Both the position numbers and the translations under genes were made by a program. 64,000 nt of DNA from Haplodiscus bocki (taxonomy: Eukaryota), in NCBI GenBank assembly GCA_965655095.1, contig OZ296650.1:101370001-101434000 (forward strand). The letters are read 5' to 3'. This document shows, one piece after another, positions 38,501-51,799 of this stretch. How positions within the stretch are numbered: the stretch's first letter is position 1; each line of letters begins with the position of its first letter. The notes under the pieces were generated by a model. The model made no database searches and had not been told where the DNA came from. It worked only from the letters and a program-made list of their open reading frames with translations.

Positions 38501-41500
38501 TTTTATGCTGCATGAATGCATGCAGAAAAGCTTTTTGAAAAAAAAACATAGTAGATTCAGGTATCTGTCATGAAAAATTTTTGCAAAATTTGCATACAGT
38601 ATGCAAAATTTTAACATAATTTCAATGCAAAATATTGACAGAACTTATAAGAAACTACTTCCCCAATGTTTTTTACACTGCTTTAACTCAGCAAAGTAAT
38701 ATTGGCTATTTGTCACCTCTCCACAAACAGAAGTAACAGTCTATCGACTAAACTCTGACGGAAGTTTGTAATTATGGTTTATATTTATGATCTCACTAGT
38801 TTTGAGCCTTAAAAAAATTTAATTCAGTATTTTTTCTCCGAAATTTTTGTTTTTCGATCAAAAATTTGCTCAGAGGTTGCACAACTATCTTAGTGGCAAG
38901 TAATCAATTTCTTGACATCACTATGTAGATCCTAGCCTGACTTCATTTTAATATTCAACAGATATTCCAGAGAGAATTTAGTGGAACTGCTTTATACCCA
39001 ATCTTGGTAAATGCCCTAGTCGAGCCTGCATGAACTCTTTTATGCTGCATGAATGCATGCAGAAAAGCTTTTTGAAAAAAAAACATAGTAGATTCAGGTA
39101 TCTGTCATGAAAAATCTTTGCAAAATTTGCATACAGTATGCAAAATTTTAACATAATTTCAATGCAAAATATTGACAGAACTTATAAGAAACTACTTCCC
39201 CAATGTTTTTTACACTGCTTTAACTCAGCAAAGTAATATTGGCTATTTGTCACCTCTCCACAAACAGAAGTAACAGTCTATCGACTAAACTCTGACGGAA
39301 GTTTGTAATTATGGTTTATATTTATGATCTCACTAGTTTTGAGCCTTAAAAAAATTTAATTCAGTATTTTTTCTCCGAAATTTTTGTTTTTCGATCAAAA
39401 ATTTGCTCAGAGGTTGCACAACTATCTTAGTGGCAAGTAATCAATTTCTTGACATCACTATGTAGATCCTAGCCTGACTTCATTTTAATATTCAACAGAT
39501 ATTCCAGAGAGAATTTAGTGGAACTGCTTTATACCCAATCTTGGTAAATGCCCTAGTCGAGCCTGCATGAACTCTTTTATGCTGCATGAATGCATGCAGA
39601 AAAGCTTTTTGAAAAAAAAACATAGTAGATTCAGGTATCTGTCATGAAAAATTTTTGCAAAATTTGCATACAGTATGCAAAATTTTAACATAATTTCAAT
39701 GCAAAATATTGACAGAACTTATAAGAAACTACTTCCCCAATGTTTTTTACACTGCTTTAACTCAGCAAAGTAATATTGGCTATTTGTCACCTCTCCACAA
39801 ACAGAAGTAACAGTCTATCGACTAAACTCTGACGGAAGTTTGTAATTATGGTTTATATTTATGATCTCACTAATTTTGAGCCTTAAAAAAATTTAATTCA
39901 GTGTTTTTTCTCCGAAATTTTTGTTTTTCGATCAAAAATTTGCTCAGAGATTGCACAACTATCTTAGTGGCAAGTAATCAATTTCTTGACATCACTATGT
40001 AGATCCTAGCCTGACTTCATTTTAATATTCAACAGATATTCCAGAAAGAATTTAGTGGAACTGCTTTATACCCAATCTTGGTAAATGCCCTAGTCGAGCC
40101 TGCATGAACATTTTTATGCTGCATGAATGCATGCAGAAAAGCTTTTTGAAAAAAAAACATAGTAGATTCAGGTATCTGTCATAAAAAATTTTTGCAAAAT
40201 TTGCATACAGTATGCAAAATTTTAACATAATTTCAATGCAAAATATTGACAGAACTTATAAGAAACTACTTCCCCAATGTTTTTTACACTGCTTTAACTC
40301 AGCGAAGTAATATTGGCTATTTGTCACCTCTCCACAAACAGAAGTAACTGTCTATCGACTAAACTCTGACGGAAGTTTGTAATTATGGTTTATATTTATG
40401 ATCTCACTAGTTTTGAGCCTTAAAAAAATTTATTTCAGTATTTTTTCTCCGAAATTTTTGTTTTTCGATCAAAAATTTGCTCAGAGGCTGCACAACTATC
40501 TTAGTGGCAAGTAATCAATTTCTTGACATCACTATGTAGATCCTAGCCTGACTTCATTTTAATATTCAACAGATATTCCAGAGAGAATTTAGTGGAACTG
40601 CTTTATACCCAATCTTGGTAAATGCCCTAGTCGAGCCTGCATGAACTCTTTTATGCTGCATGAATGCATGCAGAAAAGCTTTTTGAAAAAAAAACATAGT
40701 AGATTCAGGTATCTGTCATGAAAAATTTTTGCAAAATTTGCATACAGTATGCAAAATTTTAACATAATTTCAATTCAAAATATTGACAGAACTTATAAGA
40801 AACTACTTCCCCAATGTTTTTTACACTGCTTTAACTCAGCAAAGTAATATTGGCTATTTGTCACCTCTCCACAAACAGAAGTAACAGTCTATCGACTAAA
40901 CTCTGACGGAAGTTTGTAATTATGGTTTATATTTATGATCTCACTAATTTTGAGCCTTAAAAAAATTTAATTCAGTATTTTTTCTCCGAAATTTTTGTTT
41001 TTCGATCAAAAATTTGCTCAGAGATTGCACAACTATCTTAGTGGCAAGTAATCAATTTCTTGACATCACTATGTAGATCCTAGCCTGACTTCATTTTAAT
41101 ATTCAACAGATATTCCAGAAAGAATTTAGTGGAACTGCTTTATACCCAATCTTGGTAAATGCCCTAGTCGAGCCTGCATGAACATTTTTATGCTGCATGA
41201 ATGCATGCAGAAAAGCTTTTTGAAAAAAAAACATAGTAGATTCAGGTATCTGTCATGAAAAATTTTTGCAAAATTTGCATACAGTATGCAAAATTTTAAC
41301 ATAATTTCAATGCAAAATATTGACAGAACTTATAAGAAACTACTTCCCCAATGTTTTTTACACTGCTTTAACTCAGCAAAGTAATATTGGCTATTTGTCA
41401 CCTCTCCACAAACAGAAGTAACAGTCTATCGACTAAACTCTGACGGAAGTTTGTAATTATGGTTTATATTTATGATCTCACTAGTTTTGAGCCTTAAAAA

Positions 41501-41566
41501 AATTTAATTCAGTATTTTTTCTCCGAAATTTTTGTTTTTCGATCAAAAATTTGCTCAGAGATTGCA
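29219..41566 (+). repeat. Satellite array of 23 complete units of ~537 bp
   Basis: Unit starts (caactatcttagtggc) counted at 29219, 29755, 30293 ... 40493 and 41030. Units differ only by a few SNPs and homopolymer lengths. Confidence 0.98.
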
Positions 41567-41908
41567 AAAATGTCCTATTTCTACCTAATGAGAAACATCC
41601 GTTGAATATGAAACCTTTCATGGGACACAAAAGTAAAATGAATAAATTATCACAATGACAAAATTTTGATGGCCTGTGATATTTGGAAATGTGTATGGAA
41701 AATTTTACATGCTGCATGGAAAGTTTTGTTGAAGTTCAAATGTGTCTGCTGCATTCAGATTTTGTATGTTACATCGCAAGAATTTGTAAATTTCCCTGCA
41801 GCTGTCAAATCTTCTTGCATATAAAATTTTACTTACATTTAAAAACTTTTAAAAAGTGTCAGGCAACTTACAAAATTACGTAAATTTTATAAGCAAGCTC
41901 GACTATCT
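41162..41908. mobile_element. CCCTAG-type MITE (~745 bp) whose left part is amplified in the satellite
   Basis: Left end ccctagtcgagcctgcat; inverted degenerate right end agcaagctcgacta at 41892-41905. Confidence 0.55.
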
Positions 41909-41914
41909 GTCGTA

Positions 41915-42263
41915 TGTTCACGTTACTGAACGTGAATTTTTTTCCACCAAATTGTAGCAAATTTGCCCTAAAATGCGACTGAAATAGTTACATTTCTCAA
42001 AACGTTCAAATTTTGGGTTTTTTCGAAGATCACTAAAGGTGGCAGATTTGCTGTAGAATGTGTATCAAATAATATTATGTCGTAAAAATGTCTTTTCCGC
42101 CCTAATTATGAGGTTTTTTTGGCAGAAAATTTTGAAAGTTGGAAAAATTAGAAAATATGATGAAGAGAGCGTTTTTTCGAGAAAAAAACGTTCATCTTCT
42201 CAAAAGCCTTCTTTACAAAAATGGGAAGGCTTAAAATATGCCGGTGGTAGCAGGCTGTATTGT
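41915..42263 (+). repeat. Copy of the dispersed element at 5330-5812
   Basis: Direct similarity, including KVGKIRKYDEE in both ORF translations. Confidence 0.7.
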
Positions 42264-43579
42264 TGAAATTTCAAGACAAATTGAACAAAAAAGGTTGCTT
42301 CAGGCTCATTCAGTTTCAGATTGGGAATGTTACATGTGCAATGCTATGTTGTGTAAGTTGAGATTTTCGTGAAGATTTCAAGTCCAAAAATGCCGAGGAT
42401 GTGTGAGCTTGCGCCGCAACAGACGCAGTCAAAGGTGATGATTTTGGATTTTTTGAGGTCTTGGGCGGATCATAACTGGGGTGTAAAATACGACCGCCAG
42501 ATGTGTGACCCAACAGATGAAACGAAGAGATGTGATGTGTGCACATATGATCTTGTTGAGTGGACAGATAAGGTTCGTCACAGTTCCTCAAAGCTCCAAA
42601 TTATTCACTTTGATTTTCCGCAAAAATAAATTGGTTGAAGAAAAGAGTTTGAATTGATGAAGTTCATTCTACCACTTACAATTTAATCAAGCAAGGTTGG
42701 ACGAAAAGGTGAAGTGAATTGATGATGGCTTTTTTTTCTTGAGGTAATGAAATCAAACTTTGACATCTTCAAAATCAAGTTGACAATTAGAGTTGACTAG
42801 TAGAATGGTGAAGTGGTGTCCTCTAAGTATCAATCAGTTCCTGAAGTAAAATTTCATTTATTGCTCGTACAGAGGTTCGTTGGCTTTTCCGGAAGGCATT
42901 AGCCAGAGAAAAATGAAAATGGCAGAATACTGTTGGTGCGCACAACTTTCCTGCGCCTGATCCTTTCCCGAATTGTTGAACACCTCAAAGTATATGTGGC
43001 AGAACTATGACTATCTTTCTGAGAATGATTTCTAGCAATCCAGGAACAGCTCAGGCTCCTCGGTGCCGATGGCTCGCGTGTGAAGTAAACTAGCAGAGAA
43101 GGAATCAGTTTTTTAGTCGATTTTTTTTTCTTCACAACGCTGAAAATTTCACAGGTGGATCCTTTGGTGTTAGTTTGTTTGTCTTTGTTTCTGTAGGGTA
43201 TAAACGGTCCGAATTGCTGGCAAGTAGATGGAAATTTTTGTGGGCTGACATTACCGAATACCTTCCAAATGAAAAGTTTCTGCCTTCTTGTAAATCCATT
43301 TGGAGAACTTTTTATTGTCGAGAGTGGCCTTTCTAGACCTTAAACGATAGCTTAAGCCCTGTTGTGTCTACTTCCTTCTTTTTTCTCGCTTCATCTCAAA
43401 TGACAGCCAACAACACTTAATAACGAGTTAGTGAGTGAGTAGAAGAATGAAATTCGCGGCGAGTAGTATAGTCTGTTTATGCTTTCTTTGCGAGAAATCC
43501 GTATGTTTCAATCTGTTTAGCTAATTGAACGAACTTCTATTTACAATCGTTCACTTTCGAACGTATATTAATTGATTGT

Positions 43580-45500
43580 ACTCACTCACGTTCAAGTGTT
43601 TTCAAGGCAGTCAATTTTTCTCTTGAAGCATTCAGTTTTATTTGCTTCTTTGATGACTGTACTAACTCCTCCGCCCGTAATGAGTAGTATCCATCCTGCT
43701 TTTGAAACTTTCTAAAGCAAGAACGCGCAAAATTCCTAAGGAGTAGAAAAAAGGTTGAAAATACCATGATTAAAAATTCCAAGAAAAATTTCAACTTCCA
43801 AAAATTTGGAAACTGCATTGGAGATTCAAGAAGAACATATATGTTTTTGAATGAACTCTCAGGTACGCAAAAAAAGGATCCCAATCATTCCTGCGCCGTC
43901 TTCCGATATTGCCCATTCTATGAGCGACTCTGAAAAAGTTTTTGATGTAGCTGAAATCTTTAACAATTTCTTCGTCAATATAGGCAAATCCTCACAAGAC
44001 AACATACAAGCACCCAGCTATGAGTCTAAAATTGAGGACGTTGAATTCAGTTTTTTTCCTAACTCTAATTGGCTACGCTGAAGTCCCCTGAAAAATATTT
44101 TGAATTCCCTCGAAAATAAATCTTTATCGGGTTGTGATAACTACACTAACACCTTAGTGAAAGCAATGGCACCAGCGACCATTGCACTCCTAGCCAACTT
44201 TATTAATCTTTCTTTCAAAAACGGTGTTTTCCCCAACAGTTTGAATTGTGAAAAGCTAATACCTTTGCATAAAAACGGTTCCAAAGATTGTGTCAATAAT
44301 TATAGACCTGTTTCTGTACTACCAGTATGGAGCAAAGTTTTTGAGCGTGCTATGCACACCAGATTATATGGTTTTACGAACGTCTTACTTTGTTTCATTC
44401 AAAACAGTTTCGTTTCAGAGAGAAACATAGTACAGTCGATGCATTGGCTGAATTTCCGGGAAAAAATTCGTCATAATCCTTCCCAGTAAGCAGTATGTTT
44501 TTTTTTCTCAACAAAGCCTTTGACACCCTTGAATCTCAGATTCTCCTGAATAAATCTATAACTACGGTGTTAGGGGTGTTTGTAATGATTTACGTAAATG
44601 ATTTACCGTGAGTCTGTAGATTTTCCCAGATATTTTTCTTTGCAGACGTCACTACAATTACTGCTATTGACAACCAACAAGAGGAGATTCAAACTGACCT
44701 AGACTCCATTGGAAACTGGTTAAAAACTAACCGCTTGGCCCTCAATTTTAAAAAGACAGTGCAGGTGAACCTTATCAGTCACACTGGCTTAACTTTCGAA
44801 ATTGATGGAACGCAAATTGAGAGTACACCAGTATGTAAATATTTGGACGTGTATGTGGATTTTAAACTTTGTTTCAATACACACATAAACGTTGTTCTCG
44901 AAAAGCTTGGAAAACAATCAGGAATCGTACCTAAACTACGACACTGTGTGCCGCGAAGTCAATTGATTCTTTTCTATTAAACAAACATTCAGCCAACTAT
45001 TCAATATGGTGTATTCAATTATGGTTGCTGCAGGTACACTAGCTTACTACTTATTGTGAAGTTACAGAGAAAAATAGTTGGGGTAATTACGTTCAAAAAA
45101 GGTTTTCTAGTGTAGACGACCACCTAATGATGTACGGCATTTTATCCGTGTATTAGTTTTATGTATATGAGCTTCTCAAGTTTGTCTTGAAGTCCATTAA
45201 TAACTTGCATAGCGAGAAGTACTTGAACATTTTTTTGTTTTTCTATGTAATTCCTCGCGTAACACACGTCGCTGTCGTAAAAACTTACTTAAATACAATG
45301 CCAGAAAGGTTAAGATACGACGTTACTCAATTCACTCAAGATGTATGAAGCTCCTCAATACTCTGCGACTTATTAATTTTTTCAATAATGATGTGTGCTC
45401 CGTAAATCGTGAACAGCTCGGTGATTTTTTACATCGGGTTGGCGACAGTTACAAATTAGGAAATAACGAACTTGTCAGATGTGTGTTTGAATGATTACGT
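43580..45500 (+). mobile_element. 5'-truncated decayed L2/CR1-type LINE (RT)
   Basis: IFNNFFVNIG, KLIPLHKNGSKDCVNNYRPVSVLP, KAFDTL (~44514), YVNDLP, FADVT and YLDVYVDFKL. Confidence 0.88.
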
Positions 45501-46449
45501 TCACTGTTCTTGGGTGGTATTAATAAAGAAAATATATGAGGCCGTCGAGCTACAAAAACCCAGCTTTCGCGTTTCCAGTTAGCCTGACCTCTGCCCTATA
45601 ACGATACTAAGCAATGTTTCACACGCTAAAGAGTATCTGAAGCATGTTAGCAGCGCATCCTAGTTTACTAGTTTGAGAATGGGGGGTTCGTGGCTCGACG
45701 GCAGTATCGTTAGAAGGTTTGATGCAGAAATGCTTGGGACTTCCGAAATTTTTGAAAATTGGTTCACCTTTTTCTGTAATTTCTGAGGAGGGGAGTATTT
45801 TACAAGACAGCTCAGTACATATGTGATCTGGAGGCTCTCTGGGTGATATTAACAAGCATCGGAAAGAAATAGGACAACAAGCAATTTTGATGAAAAATCT
45901 TTGTGAAAGTAAATACAACCTTGTTTTTATGCAGCGAAAACTTCTTTGAAACCTTCACGGGCAAGTGTATGTGAATCGAATGATTCCGTTTCTTGTCCTC
46001 TCCAAGCTTCTCTTTGATACAATTTTGATTTTAGAAGAAATAATGAATACTTTCGCTTGGAGAAATAAACTTTCCTCTTCTTCTTCTTGAAACTTGTATC
46101 ACTTCAGAAATTTACCAAAAACTTGCAAAACTTCATTTTTTTCACACTGGCTTATGCATAGTTTTTTTAATCCTGTCCAAAGCTTGCATTTTGTGACGTC
46201 ATGATAGTGTCTAGTCATCTAGTGTAAAATGGTCGAAAGGTACCCTTTTGGAAGCATCTTGGCAGCAGATACTCGTTTGTTTTCGCGTTCGGAAAAGTGC
46301 AAAATTTTTCAATATTCAAAAGAGATTACTGATTTTTTTTCTTGTTTCTATTTATTTGAGACGAGAGTTTTTCCAGCATTTTTGAACATGAGGAAGTTCA
46401 TCAATTTCAATCACAAACGTTACCACAGAAAAGTGTTTGAGGTGTTTTT

Positions 46450-49400
46450 TTGCTAGCTTCATTCCATTGTATTTCAGATTTAGATTTCCTTGTAGGGTTT
46501 TCCACAAGGGTATAACGCTTTTGAATGAACTTTTGATGAAATCAGGTCAATTGTAAGAGTTGTACGCAACATTGTTTATTCGGACTTGTTGTCTGCAAAT
46601 TGCTCCGATAATTTCAATCTCCGTTTATCGTTCAAAAAGAATGAAAGAATGGAGGAGTATTGTAACTGTCTCTTGACTGAAAAATTCCGCGGCAATAGCT
46701 CGTCTTTCCGGGCTGTTTAAACTGTTTAAACAGTGAATTGTTTTGCTGCCACAAGCCTTTTTTGTAATTTTTTCAACTCGTTCTGATAAGCCAGTTTCCG
46801 ATGAAAAACATCTGCCCATGTCTTTCAAACATTCGTTTTGCTTCATTGTGTGATCGCCCACTTGCAAATGAATCTTTTTTCATTTTGTTGTTTTTCGAAT
46901 GTACAGAAAACAATGAACTATTTTATGTGCATTAATTTCTAAACGGTGTGACTGAAAAAAAAACATCAATTTTGCATTACTCCCTTTTTGTTCCATTCCT
47001 GATTCAATAGTAGTTGCGCCGGTGAACAAAAACATATCGTCATCATACTTTTTAATTTTGCTGGGTACTTCTATCTCATTTCGCATGCTGTTTACAAATA
47101 TACCGATCAGCGAAGAATCTAGCATTGTTCCCAGTGGAACATTTTGAATTAGCTGTATCCAATCCGTTATAGTTGTAGGTAGAACTGGGGGCAGGACAAA
47201 AGAGCCGATTTTAAATGAGACAAAATCGCCGATTTTGGAAACGCGACAAAACCGCCGATTCCGAAAATGATACAAAACCGCCGATTCCGAAACTGAGACA
47301 AAACCGCCGATTTCGAAAATGAGACAAAACCGCCGCTTTTATAAAAGAGAACAAATTGCTATCAAAATTGTTTCACTGATAAAAGCGTCTTGACCTAATT
47401 ATCGATAACTAGCAATTATATTACCAATTACTATTAGAAAATGAGATACCACGGATTTAATGCAATTTCCTTCACTTTTTGCGGCTAATAAATTTTCGAG
47501 AATGCCAACACCAAAGATTTTATTGAAACCCTCGCTTCCATGTAACCAAAATTTGTGGTACCGACCCCCTATCTTTTGTGTACCGAATTCATCTGAAATA
47601 TTAAAATTTGGATCTTTTCTGTTGACTGTCAATTCCCCCCCCCCCCTATAATGGATATGCGAAATAATAAGCGGCGTATTGTTTTAACTCACGCGCGAGT
47701 GAATTTTAGCCAATCAGAGACGAGTTCGCTTCTGCCGGGGGGGGGGGGGGGTAGTTAAATTTTGAGCTTCTACTGTGGGGCAGAATAAAAAAAAGATCCT
47801 GAAATTTCTCCTGCAAAAACTAAAACACCATTGCCAAAAAATTCAGAAATGGTCTTTTCGGATATTTTCGGTTCATGCAATTGAGTATTGGTTTATGCAA
47901 ATTTAGTTTTGCAGATATTGGGATTATCAATTTTCATAATTTTTTGTTAGTGGCTGTCCAGAATTTAACTTGACTTTTCACAAAAACTTAAATTTTGTTC
48001 GAAATTTTTTGATTTTGGGCTTAGTTTTTTTGGGTTTGGTATTTTGGAGTATAACCATTTCATTAGTATAGTAGTAATTTAATTGCTAATTATCCGTAAT
48101 TAGGCCAAGACGCTTTTATCTTGAACAACTTTTATCTTAGCAAAGACTAGCGATCTGTATTATTATGAATCGGCGATTTTGTCCCACTTTAAAATCGGCG
48201 GTTTTGTCTCATTATCAAAATCGGCGATTTTGTCCCGTTTTCAAAATTGGCTCTTTTGTCCCACTCTAAAATCGGCGGTTTTGTCTCGCATCCGGTAGAA
48301 CTACGTGTTAGGTCTGTATCCATGAAACGGTTTTCTCTTCGAACTGAAGCTCCTGGAGTTTTTGCTGTGAAACCTGGTGAATAGTTAGTTGATTGGAGGG
48401 GTTTTGAAAGATCAGCGAATACAGTTGTTACGACATGTTTGTCATCTGTTTCTTTCTTGATGTTTTGAGTTGGGAACCCTAAGGCGTCGGTTGCCGAAAA
48501 GTATTTTCGGAATGCAAGTTGATTCGGACAAACAGATTGTTCTGATAAAGTTATTTTTTGCTCCCTAATGATTTTGTCGGAAACCTTGGGAAGAGCTGCA
48601 TTGACTGGTGTTTATTGACAGGCGGATTCATATCACCTTTTTTTCATAAACAGGAGTAAAATGTGCTTGTTTGAGATGGTTGAGAATTTTTTCCTCCAGC
48701 AGAAATGCATTATCTCGACTATAGCATTGGCGCTATCTTTCAAGTCTCAGGCTGGAGTATCGGACGGATCCAAAAGTTAGTTGGTGCCAATTTTCCGTTC
48801 AAGTATTTTCTGTAAGTATGCATGCTAAAGGAATGAAACTGGAATTCAGCGTTTTTCCAACTTTTTTCAATTTGTGGATTTTCCATAAATGTTTTAATAG
48901 CCCAGTTTAGATATTTTGTAATTCAAAATCTTTGCGATGCGTTTCTGATCGGTTATGCAATCAACGAATGCATTTTTTAACGATGTTGTATCAAAATTAG
49001 TTTTTTCGGTATTTCTGGCTTTTTTTGAAGGTACACTTCCCTAGCTGAATCGAAGTTGTTCAGGACAAATTTTTGATGTCCAGCACCAATTCTGTTAGTT
49101 TTTGGAAACAGACTTATCATCCCATTTGAACTGTCTCCGGGTTGCATGTTTTTGTTGAACTATGCAAACATTTCTTTTCACTCTTTTTCAATACAAATCT
49201 TTTGTCTCGTTGGACAGCTTTTGTCATTGCGATTGAAAATTTGTTCTTCCTTAACGCTTTCATACCATGCGATTTCACTAATTTTTGTAAATTCCTTAAA
49301 GACCCCTCCCGCACAGGTGTCATTGTAAATGTTGCTCCGTTGGCACTGCTCAACTGTTCGGCAGAAATTTCTGTTGTATTAGTTCGTTTCATGAAAGACT

Positions 49401-50233
49401 TCTTTCAAGATGCACTCGCACTCTTTTCTGTGTATACTAATTATCGATGTAGTTGCTCAGTGGTCAATAGTTTTGTTTTTGGCAGTGCAACAGAGCTATC
49501 GGATACGGAAGTTTTGAAAGAATGTCTCAAGAAATGATCACTTCTGTTGTAGTCAGTGTTTACGTTTTACCTTGCATCGTTCATCCTTCCCGGATACACT
49601 GTTTTCAATATATTGAGACCATAATGTAACAATATTGAATCAATACAACCTCCCTATTAACATAGTTCGATTTTTAGTAAACCACTGAGCTAATGATTTA
49701 TTCTCCCGAACCGCAAAATCTATACTGTTTTAGATTTTTTTTTCAGAATTGATCACATTGCTTTTTGTGCCGGTTATAATTGATGTTGATCAAGTGTTTC
49801 TTTTTATTGGATGTTAACTTACTTTTGGTACTTTCAAATTAGTGGTTCTTAGAAACATCATCGGCCGTACAATTAAGATCAGTGCGTCTTTTTTGAGTCA
49901 AGGACTTTGGTATGATTTGCATCACACCGCCGCCACAATTTTTTGGAAATGTTTCTCGATAGCAACCAAAGAACTTGAAGTTTTCACTGACTTCTCATAT
50001 CTTTTTGTATCTCTTTTGCTCATCCATATTCCAGTAATACCATAGGTTGTATTTTCCCCTAGATCGTTGAGAACGTCCTTCAGATTTCGTCTTTTTAAAC
50101 AAGAGTTTGGCCGCTGAGATTGATTACCCAGTTTTTGTTCCTCAAGGTTAACCCAAAACATGAGCGATGAACCCAAAACAGTTTTCAGAAAAAGTGTTTG
50201 GAAAAGGTGCGGGTTAACTTTTTTATTCTCCAT
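46450..50233 (-). mobile_element. Decayed LINE (APE and RT) interrupted by a MITE
   Basis: APE-like YGITGIW (49922-50233) and SDHF (~49535). RT FADLSK (~48410), NVPLGTML...IFVN and YDDD (46880-47180). Confidence 0.75.
47187..48293. mobile_element. Mutator/Foldback-like MITE, 1107 bp, with ~260-bp modular TIRs and a 9-bp TSD
   Basis: TSD ggtagaact at 47178-47186 and 48294-48302. Both ends are built from gagacaaaaccgccgatt-type repeats in inverted orientation. Confidence 0.88.
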
Positions 50234-51011
50234 TTTTTTTTCATTTTGAAATACTAAATGTTATTGATTTCTTTCAACCTATTAGCTTCATTTTATTTTA
50301 AAGTATACTGGAAGAGTTTAAAAAAGAGTACCGCGTAAGAGAGTTGAGATTTTCTTCAGTTTTCCGTTAGAATATTAGACATTTCTTAAGCATCTGCAGC
50401 CATGCATGTAAATGTGATTCTGTTTATTCTTTGGGTACAGTTGATTTTGGTACCACTATTTTCTTTTGAAGTTACTAGAAAGTTTTGTAGCCACCGTTCC
50501 GTTTTGAGTGTACAGAAGTAAGCAATTCGTCAGAAAAGGTTCGCTTTTTTCATTGTTGAAATGCAGGTCATCTTTGAACAGCCATTTTTTGCTTCTCTTC
50601 GAATTGTAAAACTTTCAAATCCTGCTTCCCTGACTGTAGTCGTTCAGAATATTGGAGAATCATTTGATTGGATTCAAGAATTCTGTTGTTTGCATTATCA
50701 TCTGGAGGTATCTGTCTCATATGGCTTATTTCCTTCGAAACAAAAAAAATCAATGTCAAATTTGTTTTACACCATGGTTTCCCCAATTCTTTTTTACACC
50801 TGTGCAGACAAGTGTTTTATCACAGGCTTCTTTTTGTTTTTTTTTCCGGTTCGTTCACATTTCGCATTTGTGCTCTCTTTCTAATGTTGCGTAGATTTTG
50901 TTATTGCACTCTGGTTTCTCGCACAAATTTCTTCATGCGCTCTCGCTCAATTGCAGGATTTTGTTCACATGGCATGATTTGAAACGTACGAGCTTGTCCC
51001 AATTAAATATA

Positions 51012-51794
51012 CAGTAGTGATTTTAATTAATGCGACTCTGCAATTTTGATAAGCTTTACAAAATCCCAAGTGGAGAAGTAAATATTAGGAGATCAGAGTA
51101 AACAACAATACTCTGAGAAAGCTCAATAAAAGGGCTACAACATGGTTGTTTTATTTGCGAAAACAAGTACTTCAAAAGGGTAGAAAAATGCGTCCCAAAG
51201 TTAAGTAAATAAACTATGCAAGCATTGCGAATAACGACTAATTTTGGCAGTTTTCGTAAGAAATCTTGACAATGACACAAGATAACAAGAAACAAATTAC
51301 ATAATTTGTTAGTTTTAGTTATTCCCCAGAATTTTCATCTTTAACACTTTCTTCACATTTTTGAATTTTCAGAATAAATTTCAAAAAGCAAAAATATATA
51401 TTTAACATCCTATTTTAATACATTGATTTTCAAGTTTAGTAGATTCAAGATGGATTTTGGAATAGTTTTTGAAAACGTTTCCGCTGACAGATGATATGAG
51501 CTGTCGCAGAAACATCGTAGGCATCTATTGAAGAAATCAAAATCCATTATTAAATTATTTAAAGTTACGAAATTCTCAAAAGAATGGAAAGTTTGGCGTT
51601 CTGAACAAGAACGCATTTTCTAGTTTTTGCTCTATTCGTTGGAATTTTTTCAAACAAACACCATTATATTCTCCTGAAAATTCTAAGAATATTTTGTTTC
51701 TGGAACTTTTGTCCAAAATGAATATTCCCGAAGTTATTCGTGTTTAAAGTTGACTTATGCATTAAAGCTGTCGCATTATTTAAAATCACTACTG
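51012..51794. mobile_element. Tc1/mariner-type MITE, 783 bp
   Basis: TA|cagtagtgattttaattaatgcgac ... gtcgcattatttaaaatcactactg|TA; TIRs match at 24/25. Confidence 0.88.
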
Positions 51795-51799
51795 TAGAA

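Noticed and set aside
29219-41566. CRISPR-like array, or a tandem gene array (66-aa ORF MLKFCILY...)
   Set aside because: There are no unique spacers and the context is eukaryotic. The ORF is open only in units with a 10-A run, so it depends on homopolymer length.
29209-41574. 8-bp inverted motif (gacatttt / aaaatgtc) flanking the satellite
   Set aside because: Too short and AT-rich to distinguish from chance.
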